Positions 1 to 10,377 of a stretch of DNA of 50,143 nucleotides are shown here, in pieces. The position numbers were made by a program, and so were the translations under genes. Under the pieces are notes generated by a model. That model made no database searches and had not been told where the DNA came from. It saw nothing but the letters and a program-made list of their open reading frames with translations. Location: contig JAHBMJ010000339.1 in NCBI GenBank assembly GCA_018398765.1, forward strand, positions 1 through 50,143, read 5' to 3'. Numbering within the stretch: position 1 is the stretch's first letter; every line of letters starts with the position of its first letter. The DNA is from Chromera velia. Its lineage: Eukaryota.

Positions 1-494
1 CTCTATCCCCCAGCCACAATGGCAGAGCCGATTTGACGCTATGTGCAAAGAAGCTGCAGTATGCCGCCTAGTATGCGTGCTCTGCCATGAACGCCCGGGC
101 CGCACAGCCTATGAATGGTCAGCCGGAAGTACCCCCCCAAGGCTAGTTTTTGTATAGAAAATTCAAAGTGGGCAAAGTGTGATGAAATATACGGTATATA
201 CGCTTTCCACTATATAGCTGAGTAAACACACGCTGCCACGTTGCAACGAATCATGTAAGTCAATTGCACATGCATTCCCATTGCATTCCCTTTCGTGCAT
301 GCATGCAACACACCAAAACGATCGTGTTGCATTCTGACACAAGAAGTCTCAAACCACCGCACGCTCATTAATTGTTCAAATTTAAGTGGCTGCAACATCT
401 TTTGACGCTTCACCCTTTCATTGAGACCAGTCTCATCTTGAATCATCTTGATTCTATATAGATCGCCGAAGAATCATGCAGTCTGAAGATCAAA

Positions 495-517
495 GATTGA
501 TTGATTGATTGATTGAT
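495..517. repeat. (GATT)n microsatellite
   Basis: gattgattgattgattgattgat read directly. Confidence 0.9.
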
Positions 518-703
518 ATGTTCCGCCCTAGGGCCTTCCCGCTATGTCACAAGATGATCGATCAAAGCTCGATCAGACGTATATATATATGCTTGTCGAT
601 CATAATCTGCCTGTGCCTCCTGCTTCAACGTGCTTCGATCGATCATTCGAGTGCAGTCCACAATTTGTCTCGATCCCTGGTGGTGTATCGGAGAGTCAGA
701 AAA

Positions 704-2049
704 ATGGATGTTCTGCTGCTTCATCGTTGTAAAACCCTGAGGGCAGGATTTTCGACATCACGAATCGCGAGACTTCAACCAGACACGTGGCTCGACAATG
801 AGTGCATTGATTTCTATCTTGCTGCCGTAGTTGATTGTCTTCAAAGTGATGATGCGAAAGCCCGTCTACACGTCGAAAGCACCACTTTCCACACAAAGTT
901 TGTTCTTCAGTCAAACCGAGGGACCAATACAGACATGCAGTGAGAAAAAGCTTGGAAGCAACCAAACCTCGTATGCGGAACAAGCCCCTTCTCTAGAAAG
1001 ACATCGTCGTGATTCCCGTCTTCAAAGATCCCGCTCACTGGGTGCTCTCTGTGCTGCTGAATCCGAAAAGTGGTCTCTTGGCCCAGCACAGCGACAATGC
1101 CGAAAATGTCTGGTTGCTCATCATCATCGATCCTCTCAGAAACTGTCTCTGTTGGTGGAAGGAAAGGCACATTGTGGGACCCCTAGGAAAGCTCCTTGAG
1201 TTCGAGTTTGGCCCGAGTAGCAGAAAGGGGAAACCGAAACTGCGTGTCATTGGGGAGATCAAGGGGCTTCCCAGGCAAAGGGACGAGGTGGATTGTGGAG
1301 TGTTCTGCATTCGGTATGCTTACGAGATTTTGAAGGGTTTTGAGTCATTCGTCACTCTCCAGGCAGCCGAAACAGGTTCGTCTCCGTCGCTCTCTGAGTC
1401 TCTGAAACTCATCTACCTCCTTCAGGACGAGGCAGAGGGGGAGGAAAGCGAATCTGGTGATGCAGAGGCAAAGGGAGAGGGTGCACAGGAAGAGAAAGGG
1501 GGTGAACAAGAAGAAGAGGAGGATGTCGCAGAACGTTTTCGTCCTCTCACGAATCAGGCCATGAAGGGGCATCACCAGAAGTACAAAGAGTTGATGGAAG
1601 CATGGAGGGACGAGAGAATGAACAGCACTGAGGAAGTGTGGATGTCTGAAGAGAAGCGAAAAGAAAGAGAAAACAAAATGCGGGAGGAGTTGTTTCCGGG
1701 TCTTTCGTCACAGGGGGCAAGGGGGGGAGGTGCTGAGCCTGGTCCGTCGCTGGCCTCCTCATTGTTCCGTACACTGTCGTCCGGTCTCGCGAACCTCTCC
1801 TCAAGGCTCTTCCCCTCCTCCAGTAGTGCGTCTGCTTCTGCTTCCTCCTCTTCCTCTGTGTTGGGAGGTGTTGATTCTGGTGCTGGTAGTGCTCCTGCTG
1901 GAGTATCAGGATCGACCGACCAGGTGGAGTCTGAAGTGCTAGCAGCAGCAGCAGCAGGGGGACAGGCCGCCAAGAAGCGAAGGTCAGCTGAAAAGAATAA
2001 TCATGCAAGCCTGGCAGTCACTGCGGTTAATCGACCTGTGAATCGTTAG
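704..2049 (+). pseudogene. Ulp1/SENP-like cysteine protease (peptidase C48), disrupted by a frameshift (~900-940) and an in-frame TAG (994-996)
   Basis: From ATG 704 the frame reads ..RLQPDTWLDNECIDFYL..STTFHTK (typical C48 N-terminal motif) and stops at 941-943. A different frame reads ..RNKPLL*KDIVVIPVFKDPAHWVL..IIIDPL..PRQRDEVDCGVFCIRY, with catalytic H (1036), D (1129), Q (1276) and C (1294). An acidic/low-complexity tail and a KKRR motif follow. I found no GT-AG intron that joins the two frames in phase. Confidence 0.75.
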
Positions 2050-2334
2050 AACTGAGTCAACCAAATACTTACAGCAAGCTGTTTTGTCGCCTGCCACGCG
2101 CGCACACACATGCACATGCAGAAAAAAGTAAAGATGTCGAGGAATCACAGGCAGATAGTGAGAGGCAGTCCAATCCATGAGAGCCAAGGAGTGCTGGGAG
2201 ACAGTCATGAGACAGTCACAACGATGAAAGGAAGGAAGGCGGGCGCCGGCGGGGTGGGCGAATTCACAGAAGGTGACAAGACAATTTGAGAAGAAGAAGA
2301 TTTCAACGATTCGTCATCACTAGACTGACTTCGT

Positions 2335-2473
2335 CTTCCTTCCTCCCTTCCTTTCTTCCTTCCTTCCTTCCTTCCCTCCCTCCCTCCTTCCTTCCTTCCT
2401 TCCTTCCTTCTTTCCTTCCTTCCTTCCTTCATTCCTTCCTTCCTTCCTTCCTTCTTTCCTTCCTTCCTTCCTC
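2335..2473. repeat. (CCTT)n microsatellite
   Basis: Imperfect CCTT/CCCT tandem array; source of spurious ORFs 2205-2582. Confidence 0.95.
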
Positions 2474-4720
2474 CCCTGGTTCCATTCTGTTTTCACTGGT
2501 GCCTTCCGTCTTTCTCTCTTTGTGCTTCAGTGCGCAGAGCGGAAAGGCAAGAGCAGAAACATGCAGGCAGGCAGACGGGTGAATGAACACACAGGGCATC
2601 CAGAGAAAAAGGAAAGAAAGCTAAATAAATGCAATTAAGCAAGAGATCCAACGAAACGGCAGAATCGGGAACCTGCAGGAGAAACAAGAAAAAGATATAA
2701 ACCCGAAAATGGTTTTGGCACTGCCAGTCACCTTTGAATTGATTCTTCTTTTTCCCTTAGTACTTGTCTTCACATACGTCTCTCTGGTCTTTCCTTTAAT
2801 TAATTCGTGCAGGCTGTGAGGTGGTGTGAAGAAGAGAATGCAATCCAGCAAGAGCCTCTAATGGACTGAGACTGACAGTTCTGGTGGGGGGGGGGGGGGG
2901 GGTTTGGGGGGCTCTACGTGGGTGGCGGCGGCGTTTGTAATTAAGTACAGAGGGAGGGTGGGTGGAAGTCATATCCAACTCAGACAGACGGAGCACCACT
3001 TATTGGATCTAGTGGCTCTTCGTTTTGTCTCCCCTCTCTTCTGAGAAGGGATCTTCTTAGCCCGTCATTCTTTCATTTGTTTTCTTCTCCAGCTTCCTCT
3101 TTTCCGCTGCTTTCCTTCCTATTCTCGTGTTTGACATCTTCGGACTCTCCTGTTGCAGAGCAACGGGGAGCGGAAGAGTGGCGTTCCCTCCATTTTTCTT
3201 TTGTTTCCCAGAACACGGCCTTTATTTGACAGCGTTCCTTTATATGTCTTTCTGCCTGTCTGTCCGGCGACCAATGCATGGATGCAATCGGTCGGTAATC
3301 TCTTTGGCCATCTCTCCTTAATTGCCTTGCGAGCTTCCAAAGTCGGAGTTCGTTGCTTTGCTCTGCCAATCACTCGTGCAGTGCGTTTCTTCTCTGTTTT
3401 TGTGCCTCAAAGAAGCGGTCCTGCATTCGCAGTCACGCCTGCCCTTCACACACTTCACTTCTCTCATACCTATGCACCCTCTTCAACTCAGAGGACTCTT
3501 CTCGTGTTCTCGATGATTGATTGAGTGGGGAGTCAGTGAATGAATGGCCGGATATGGAGGGGGGGAGGGAGGAAGGAAGGGAGGGAGGGAGAGTAAGGAT
3601 GATCGATCGAGCGCTTCAGCAGGAATTAAATCAATCGATTCATTGATTGATGGAGGAGAGGAGCGACGGCGAAAGGTGGTGTCCTTAGGAAGGACACCCA
3701 GAAGAGGAATTCAAGCAATACACAGAGGAGGGACTCCGAGGCATATGCACGAGCACGCGGTGGACACATGCTTTCTTGAAAAATTGCTGGGAGAACATGA
3801 TCCACAAAACACTAGCACTCGGGGCATGAATTCAGGCCTTCTATTCACACGTGCAAGGCCATGCAGGTATTGCAGAAACACATAACCTAGCATATGCAGA
3901 GCTAGATGCAGTGCCGCCTATGGTTATTCAGTAATATTCGGTACAGCCAATGCGTGATGATTCACTGATGAATTATGAAGATTTGTAGTATATAAAAAAA
4001 CGGATCTGATAGCATTGAATTTTTTGAAAACCGTTTTTCCTATAGCGTTTTTCAATTCATTTTCATCAATTTTTGAGCGCGGTAATTAATTGTTATGCCA
4101 GAGCTTCAAACTACGTCAGTGACGGTTAGTCCATATCTAAGTTCATACACATCAGTCTCAAACTTTAACTTATCATGTTTTACGAGATATGACTAGAGAT
4201 ATGACCTAAGTGACCTTGGAAATACTTTAAAACTCAGTTTAAGTTTAAAATAGTTGACAACATAGGGGAAAAAAATGATTGAAGATTCTTTAATTATATT
4301 GTTCAATTCATTTTTTAAATTTTAATTTTTGGTTAAATTCTTTATACGTCTAGTTCTAGGCGTCGGCTAAAAAAAAATAAAAGATCCCCCCAAACCCTTT
4401 CAGGATATGGAAAGTAGGTTAAAACCTAAACCTAACCGACCTGGCAGTCAAATTAACCTAGGTTAGGTTAAACCTAACATGATTTAACCGCGGTGGCCGG
4501 CTTAGCAGCCGGCCCACACCATATAAGAGCCGGGGGCGGAGCGTGTGCATGAAGGCGTCCCCAACCGGTTTTAACACTACTATTTCTGCATGTGGGGTGC
4601 GCGAATCACTGTTACTAGTTTGAACGTCTAACTTTTTATGGTTCACGAGAAATGGACTTCCAAAATTTGACTAAAATTAGTAATTTAGCTTTCCAATTCA
4701 ATTATTTTAGTTTACTATTC

Positions 4721-4828
4721 TAAATTACTTTTCATTACTCTAAATTGCTTTAAATTACTTTAAATCACTAAGCTAAATTACTCTAAATTACTTTAAATTA
4801 CTCATCTAAATTACTTAAACTTGCAGGG
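4721..4828. repeat. ~10-bp periodic TAAATTACT(T/C) array ending in TTGCAGGG; probable subterminal arm of a decayed DNA transposon
   Basis: Units at 4721, 4741, 4751, 4761, 4774, 4784, 4794 and 4807, plus an inverted copy (AGTAATTTAGCT) at ~4679; lies in an AT-rich island. Transposon origin is inference. Confidence 0.6.
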
Positions 4829-5566
4829 TAGATTTCAATCTAAGTTTGAATTTGACGGCATTTTTTGATTTAAGAATTCATGTTACGAATCATGTAGTAA
4901 GTACGTCAGCAAAGAAGCAGAACGAAAGAGGTACGTAGACTAACACAGACCTAGAGGTGTGCGAACTCCTGACTGTCTATTACTTTGAAAGAGCCAGCCA
5001 AAAAGAAAAAAAATGTGGAAAGCTATAGTAGATAAAAGGAGAGACAACACAAGGGAACATACCGACTAACTTAGTGGGCGAGTTATTGCGCTCATGCAGG
5101 CTGATCGATAATGCAACCGCATATGCATTATTAATTCAATTCATTACGGTCATCAATAAGTTTTCGCAAGTTGGAAGCAATTGAGTGCTACTCAGTAAAC
5201 TTCCAGCGTCTAGTTCCAGCACAGCTTCCACCTGATTCGCTTAACCCGTCAGATCGGCGTTCCATGGTTCATTCTTGAATGATTCTTTCTTCCTTCCTTC
5301 TTTTGGATTTTAATTTTCTGGTGCCATTTGATGCAGATCGAAACCTTCTGCGAGACCTCCGTCGCTACACAATTCATTATCCCCTACTTTCGGGACTGTG
5401 AAGTATGTGCCCGTTCCAAAAGCCCACAAGCTTCCTTCTGGAAATTGAATGTGCCACAGACAAGCGCTTGGAAGAAAGAACTGTGAACCGCTCTCCGTAC
5501 CCACCCCTTCCCTTCTACAGCATCACGAAACAAAAGGCGGCTAAATGATCATCTTTGCTTCTCTGA

Positions 5567-6547
5567 TCAGACAGGAATGGGACCCACAGCAGCCTCACTT
5601 GCCTTCCACAGAATCTCCCAGTTCGCCTTGTCAAGTTCCCCCGGGGTAGGGTCGGCCTTCACAGCGGGTCCCTTGGTCCCCTCGGGTCCGTACATGTGGG
5701 GGGCCTCCACCTGCCCCATCATACACTCAATCAGCCCCATGGCCCCGTCCTCTCCCGACTGGGTCATGGAGGCAATTCCCTGGAGCTGCTCAGGACTGAG
5801 ACTGGTGAAGAGATCACCAGCCAGGTTGGTGGCTGACATTCCGGGGTTGCATGAGAGGACCTTCACTTTCGCAGCAGCGTCACCCTTTGCTTGGAGTTTG
5901 GCGAAGAGAACGTGGGAGAAGACAGCATTCGCAAGCTTGCTGTGCGCATAACGAACGAAGTTTGCACCTGTCTTAAAGGTCTTATCGTTACCCCCCAGGT
6001 TCCCTCCGTTCTTCCCGAAGTACTTCTCCTCAAACGAAGTCACCCAGTGCCTCGCACCACTGGAGTGGTTCACGATGCGCGCTTCCCCCCCAACGGCTGC
6101 ACAGGCCTCCAGACAGGGCAGGAGTTCTTTGACAAGCAGAAAATGAGACAAGTGGTTTGTCTGCATCTGCACGTCATATCCATCCTTCGTGGCTAAGTCA
6201 TCGTTCCCCATCACTCCCGCATTGTTGGCAAGGCAGAAGATCTGGGGATACTTGCCCTTCACTGTATCGGCTGCAAGTTTCACAGAGGCAAGATCTTGCA
6301 GGTCACAGTCGATGTTGTCGAATATTCCAGTCGGCACCTCTTCCTTCAGTTTCGCAAGAGATTTGGTAGACCGTTCTGATGCTCTGTTGAGCACGACAAC
6401 GGTTCCACCGAATTCGGCTGCAGTTCGTGCAGCCACGTACCCTGTTCCAGAGGTCGTTCCTGTAATGACAAACACCTTTCCATCAACTTTCGGGAGCTTG
6501 TTTTTGAAGTCCCCGAACCACTTTGTTTCCACCTCAGGCATGCTCAT
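5567..6547 (-). CDS. Short-chain dehydrogenase/reductase (classical SDR, retinol-dehydrogenase/WWOX-like group), intronless, ~326 aa
   Basis: Continuous ORF with Rossmann motif VITGTTSGTG (TGxxxGxG), CDL, LANNAGVM, QTNHLSHFLL, RIVNHSS and catalytic YAHSK (YxxxK). First ATG at 6547; alternative ATG at 6541. Confidence 0.95.
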   Translation of the reverse strand: MSMPEVETKWFGDFKNKLPKVDGKVFVITGTTSGTGYVAARTAAEFGGTVVVLNRASERSTKSLAKLKEEVPTGIFDNIDCDLQDLASVKLAADTVKGKYPQIFCLANNAGVMGNDDLATKDGYDVQMQTNHLSHFLLVKELLPCLEACAAVGGEARIVNHSSGARHWVTSFEEKYFGKNGGNLGGNDKTFKTGANFVRYAHSKLANAVFSHVLFAKLQAKGDAAAKVKVLSCNPGMSATNLAGDLFTSLSPEQLQGIASMTQSGEDGAMGLIECMMGQVEAPHMYGPEGTKGPAVKADPTPGELDKANWEILWKASEAAVGPIPV

Positions 6548-6599
6548 CGTCACAACTTATCTTAAATTGGAGACTGTCTGACCTTCAACAAAAACAACA

Positions 6600-7115
6600 C
6601 AAGGCGGAACCCGATTTGTCTCAGACCCTGACTCTGAAATCCAGCCTCGCCTCTATGCTGTCAGCTACCTTCTCTCTGTCTAGATCTGAAGCACATGTAT
6701 CATGGGGAGATGTGTCTTCTTTGCATGACAAACGAATTACATCTGATTCATCGAAGCTAGCCGGGATAATCCGACGGCGGGATTCGAGTCCTCAGACTGC
6801 GCGCGCGCACACGCGCGACGTTTTTTTTTTTTTTTTTTNNNNNNTTTTTTTTTTTTTTTTTTTGCGCGTATCGCGGTCATGCAGATCGAGCTCGCGGCCG
6901 ATTAATCACGTGTACATGCATGGTTCAATGCATGCAGTCGAAAGACGGAAGCACCATGCACGTGCGGTCAAGAACGGATCCTCACAGCAGCCTGGGACCA
7001 AAAGGAAGGACTGTCTGCTCTCTCATTGCGTGATCTGCCGAGCAAGATTACCTACAGAGGTTATCCGCGGAAAGTACCCTTCATTCACTTTCGTAGGAAC
7101 TGCCCCTCGTCCAAG
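6600..7115. promoter_or_regulatory. Short divergent (bidirectional) promoter/5'UTR region between the SDR and the 5-phosphatase gene
   Basis: Head-to-head starts ~570 bp apart. Contains CGCG runs flanking a poly-T tract (small N gap at 6839-6844), CACGTG at ~6907 and ~6959, and TGCATGCA at 6929. Confidence 0.55.
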
Positions 7116-8591
7116 ATGAAGTTTCTTCGGCTTTTTGCCCTTCAGTTTTTCTTCCTCTTTGCCATTTCCCTGGCATCCAATGACGTCGACGTCAATGACG
7201 AAGCCACTGAGGAGCAGACGTCCAACGATCAAGTCCAAGAACAAGTCTCGTCCACGATCGTTGATGACCGAGTGGAGAACGCGGCCTTCGCTTTCAACAA
7301 GGGCAAGGCCTGCGTCCCCAGGTGCAAGGCGATCGAGGACGAAACTGACAAGCAGAAGGACAGCGATGGCGTAATCAACCGTATCGCTTACCCTATCGAG
7401 ACCGAGACCTGCAATGCCCCCACCTACAGCGGCATTACCGACCAGTGCAGCGCCACCGACTGCGCTTGCATCCGCTACAGGGACTTCACTCTTGCTCTGC
7501 GCAACCCGACTCCCCGCACTCCCGACATCACCGAGATCGTTGGCAGGAAGAGAGCCAGCCACGACCAGTGCAGCACCGACGGGATCAGGGCCCGCGTCGT
7601 CACCTGGAACACCGAGTACGCACGTCCGGATGCCGACCACATGCTCCCTCTCCTGGAGGGAATCTGGGAGCAGTCCGTCGACTTCTTCGTAATCTACTAC
7701 CAGGTCAGCATGAGTGCATGCATGTACGCATGCGAGTGTGTCCATCCGTCGGTCTACCAACAGATGGTCTGGCTCGTGTACTGTTGGGACACAGTTGCTC
7801 TCCCTTTGCCACTTTTTTCTTGATCCATTCTGGCACCTCTTCTGGTGGGGTCCTGTTGCGACAGAAGACTTCGATGCCGGGCTCGTGCAGGTTTGCATTG
7901 TACTGCATGTTTGCTTGTAATGCGACCGATCTGTCAAGCGCGGAGAGGGCATGCTGATAGGCTCACCATCGCTTGGCACTCATTTACTGTCTGCTCCCCC
8001 CCTTTTTTCCCCCTCTGTCTTCCTGCAGGAGATTGCATACACCCAGACGGGAGTTGACGACATGAAGGACGAGATCCTTGCCGCCTTCGCCAAAATCAAA
8101 CACTCCAACTACGTCCTGCCAACGAAGGACGACATCGAGGGCATTGTACGTCGCCACCCTTCCTTTCTCCCTCGTCTCCTTCATGCATCCGTGCATCCAT
8201 CCATTCATCCCTGACTCTGGTCTTTGTCGACGCACAGACAGCATACTTGCATTTTTGGCTGTAAGAACAAGACCGTTGAGTGACCAGAAGAGCACATGCT
8301 GCCAGTTGCTGGCCTCACCATGCCGCAGCCATGACCTCTTTGCTCATGAAACTTCGATCGGAGCTCCTTTGTCATAAAATGGGGTCCTCTCCGTGTTTCC
8401 CGACTGGAAAGCGTGCCTCCTGGTTCACTAGCTGTGTGTCCGTGTGCATAGGTCAAGCTCGCATGACTTTCTTGGCGGTCTAGACAGAACGCTGAGTACT
8501 TGCACTTGGCCTTGGACGCATTTTTTTCGGGCCTGTCCGCTGTGTGCGTGCCTGCCTGCGGTGTGTGTGTGTGTGTCTGTGTCTGTGTCTG

Positions 8592-8649
<58 letters not shown>

Positions 8650-9722
8650 TGTGTGTCTGCGTCTGTGTGTGTATGTGTGTGTGTGTGTGTGTGTGTGCGT
8701 GTCTGCGTGTGTGTGTCTGCGTGTGTGTGTCTGCGTGTGTGTGTGTGTGTGTGGGATTTGTATGTGTGTATGTGTCTGTGTCTGTGTCTGTGTATGTGTC
8801 TGTGTGTGTGTGCGCGAGGGAGTGAGGGAGTGAGGGAGAGAGTGAGTGAGTGAGTGAGTGAGTGAGTAAGTGCGTCCTCCCTGTCTCTCTCTCCGTGCTT
8901 GTATCTACGTGTGTCTGACTACTTGTGTCTGATCAGTGGCTCCTTCTTCTGCGTGCTGCTTTGTGCTGTCTCCTTCTCCTCTTTGCCGCCTCTATCCTGT
9001 CGCTCAACCTTACGGATTGTCTCGAACCATGGTTGCCTGCAGGAGCTCGGCACTCTGGGAACAAAGATGGCCAGGGGGTGGAACAGACAGTATGCCATCG
9101 TCGTCAGAAACCGGTGGGTTGCAGTGACACACCAGACAAGGTCGAAGAAAGAGATGTCTTGTGCGCTGGAAAAAAAACACGTACTACTCTGTCATGTTCC
9201 GTTTTCAACTCTCTTTTGGCCTTTGTATTTTTCCGTCCATCTGCCTCAACGGCTGAAGAGTTATTTTTAGTGATGACTTCTTTCTCCTCTGCCTCGTCTC
9301 ACTTCCCGTGCAGTAACTGCCCGAACGGTATCGCAGCTGAGTTTGGGTTTGCCAAGTGGGAGAAGGGCAAGTCAGAGAAGGGATCCATCATGATGGTCGT
9401 GCACATCCCCAAAGACAATGATGGCACAGACGAGTCCATCACCGCCCTCTTCGCAGGAGTGCACATCAGCTCTCAGGTGCGTGGAGGTGGGGAGGGTAAT
9501 CTTGAAAGAGAGGGAACAGAAGAGGAACGTGTCTTTCTCCCGCATTCTCTCTCTCTCTCTCTCTTTTCTTGTCTGTGCCTCCTGCGGCCTCTACACGATT
9601 GCATTCTTCCTTCTATGCTCCTCTGTTCTTTTTCCGACCCTCAGAGAGAGCCGGAGATCCCTCTGTGTCTTTGAGCCTTGGTCTTTCTCTCTCCCTCCCT
9701 CTACCTCTTCCTCTCCCTTTCA

Positions 9723-9757
<35 letters not shown>

Positions 9758-10342
9758 TCGGTCTGTCTGTCCGTTTGTCTGATTGTCCCTGCAGGAAGAT
9801 CCGAAGGTGGACGACTCAGGCAGATACTCGGCGATGTTCAGCATTCTTGGCACAGCGGTAGGTCCTTTCTTGTGCGCCTTGCCCATGTGACAGTGTGATC
9901 TTGCTTGCACCCTTTTTTGTGGCTCCACGACCGACATGCAATGCGGGGCATTTTTGTGTTTGTCATTGAAGTGCGATCATTCTGCTACTTTTGTTGAAAA
10001 CTGCTTCTTGAAATGCCGTATGAAAGAACAGCGAGATGCATGAATGAATGAACGGATGATCAAATGGATGAATGGATGCAGGCTGGGAAGGCTCTTGAAA
10101 TGCGGGAGGTTGACAAAAAGACCTCAGACGCGGTCAAAGCTCTGATGTCCAAACCAAGCGACAAGACCCCTGTTCCGGACATCAAGGATCTCGCTCTGCA
10201 GGTACGTGCATGAACGTCCTCCCTCATTCTCTCTCTGGCAGAAAGAAAGAGAAAATCGTTTTGGATGGATGTCCTTTCTCCCTCTTTCTCTTTTCGCTTT
10301 CCACATACCGCCTTCGCCTTCATTACAATCCTGCTTGAGTTA

Positions 10343-10377
<35 letters not shown>

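Noticed and set aside
941..996. Stop-codon reassignment or selenocysteine readthrough in the Ulp1 locus
   Set aside because: A frameshift is also required, and the other four genes read with the standard code without internal stops
4590..4620. Helitron 3' end (CTAG followed by T)
   Set aside because: No convincing GC-rich hairpin upstream and no defined 5' TC end
4112..4909. TACGTCAG direct repeat (4112 and 4902) as an 8-bp TSD
   Set aside because: The sequence just inside the two copies shows no terminal inverted repeat; probably chance
7023..7979. 318-aa minus-strand ORF and similar long antisense ORFs (10691-11206, 11396-12289, 23710-24462, 39158-40024)
   Set aside because: They are shadow frames opposite real GC3-rich exons and have no motifs of their own
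8444..8853. Cys/Val-rich ORFs (also 31105-31674, 45869-46396, 49836-50142)
   Set aside because: They are translations of (GT)n, (CT)n or (CTTT)n microsatellites
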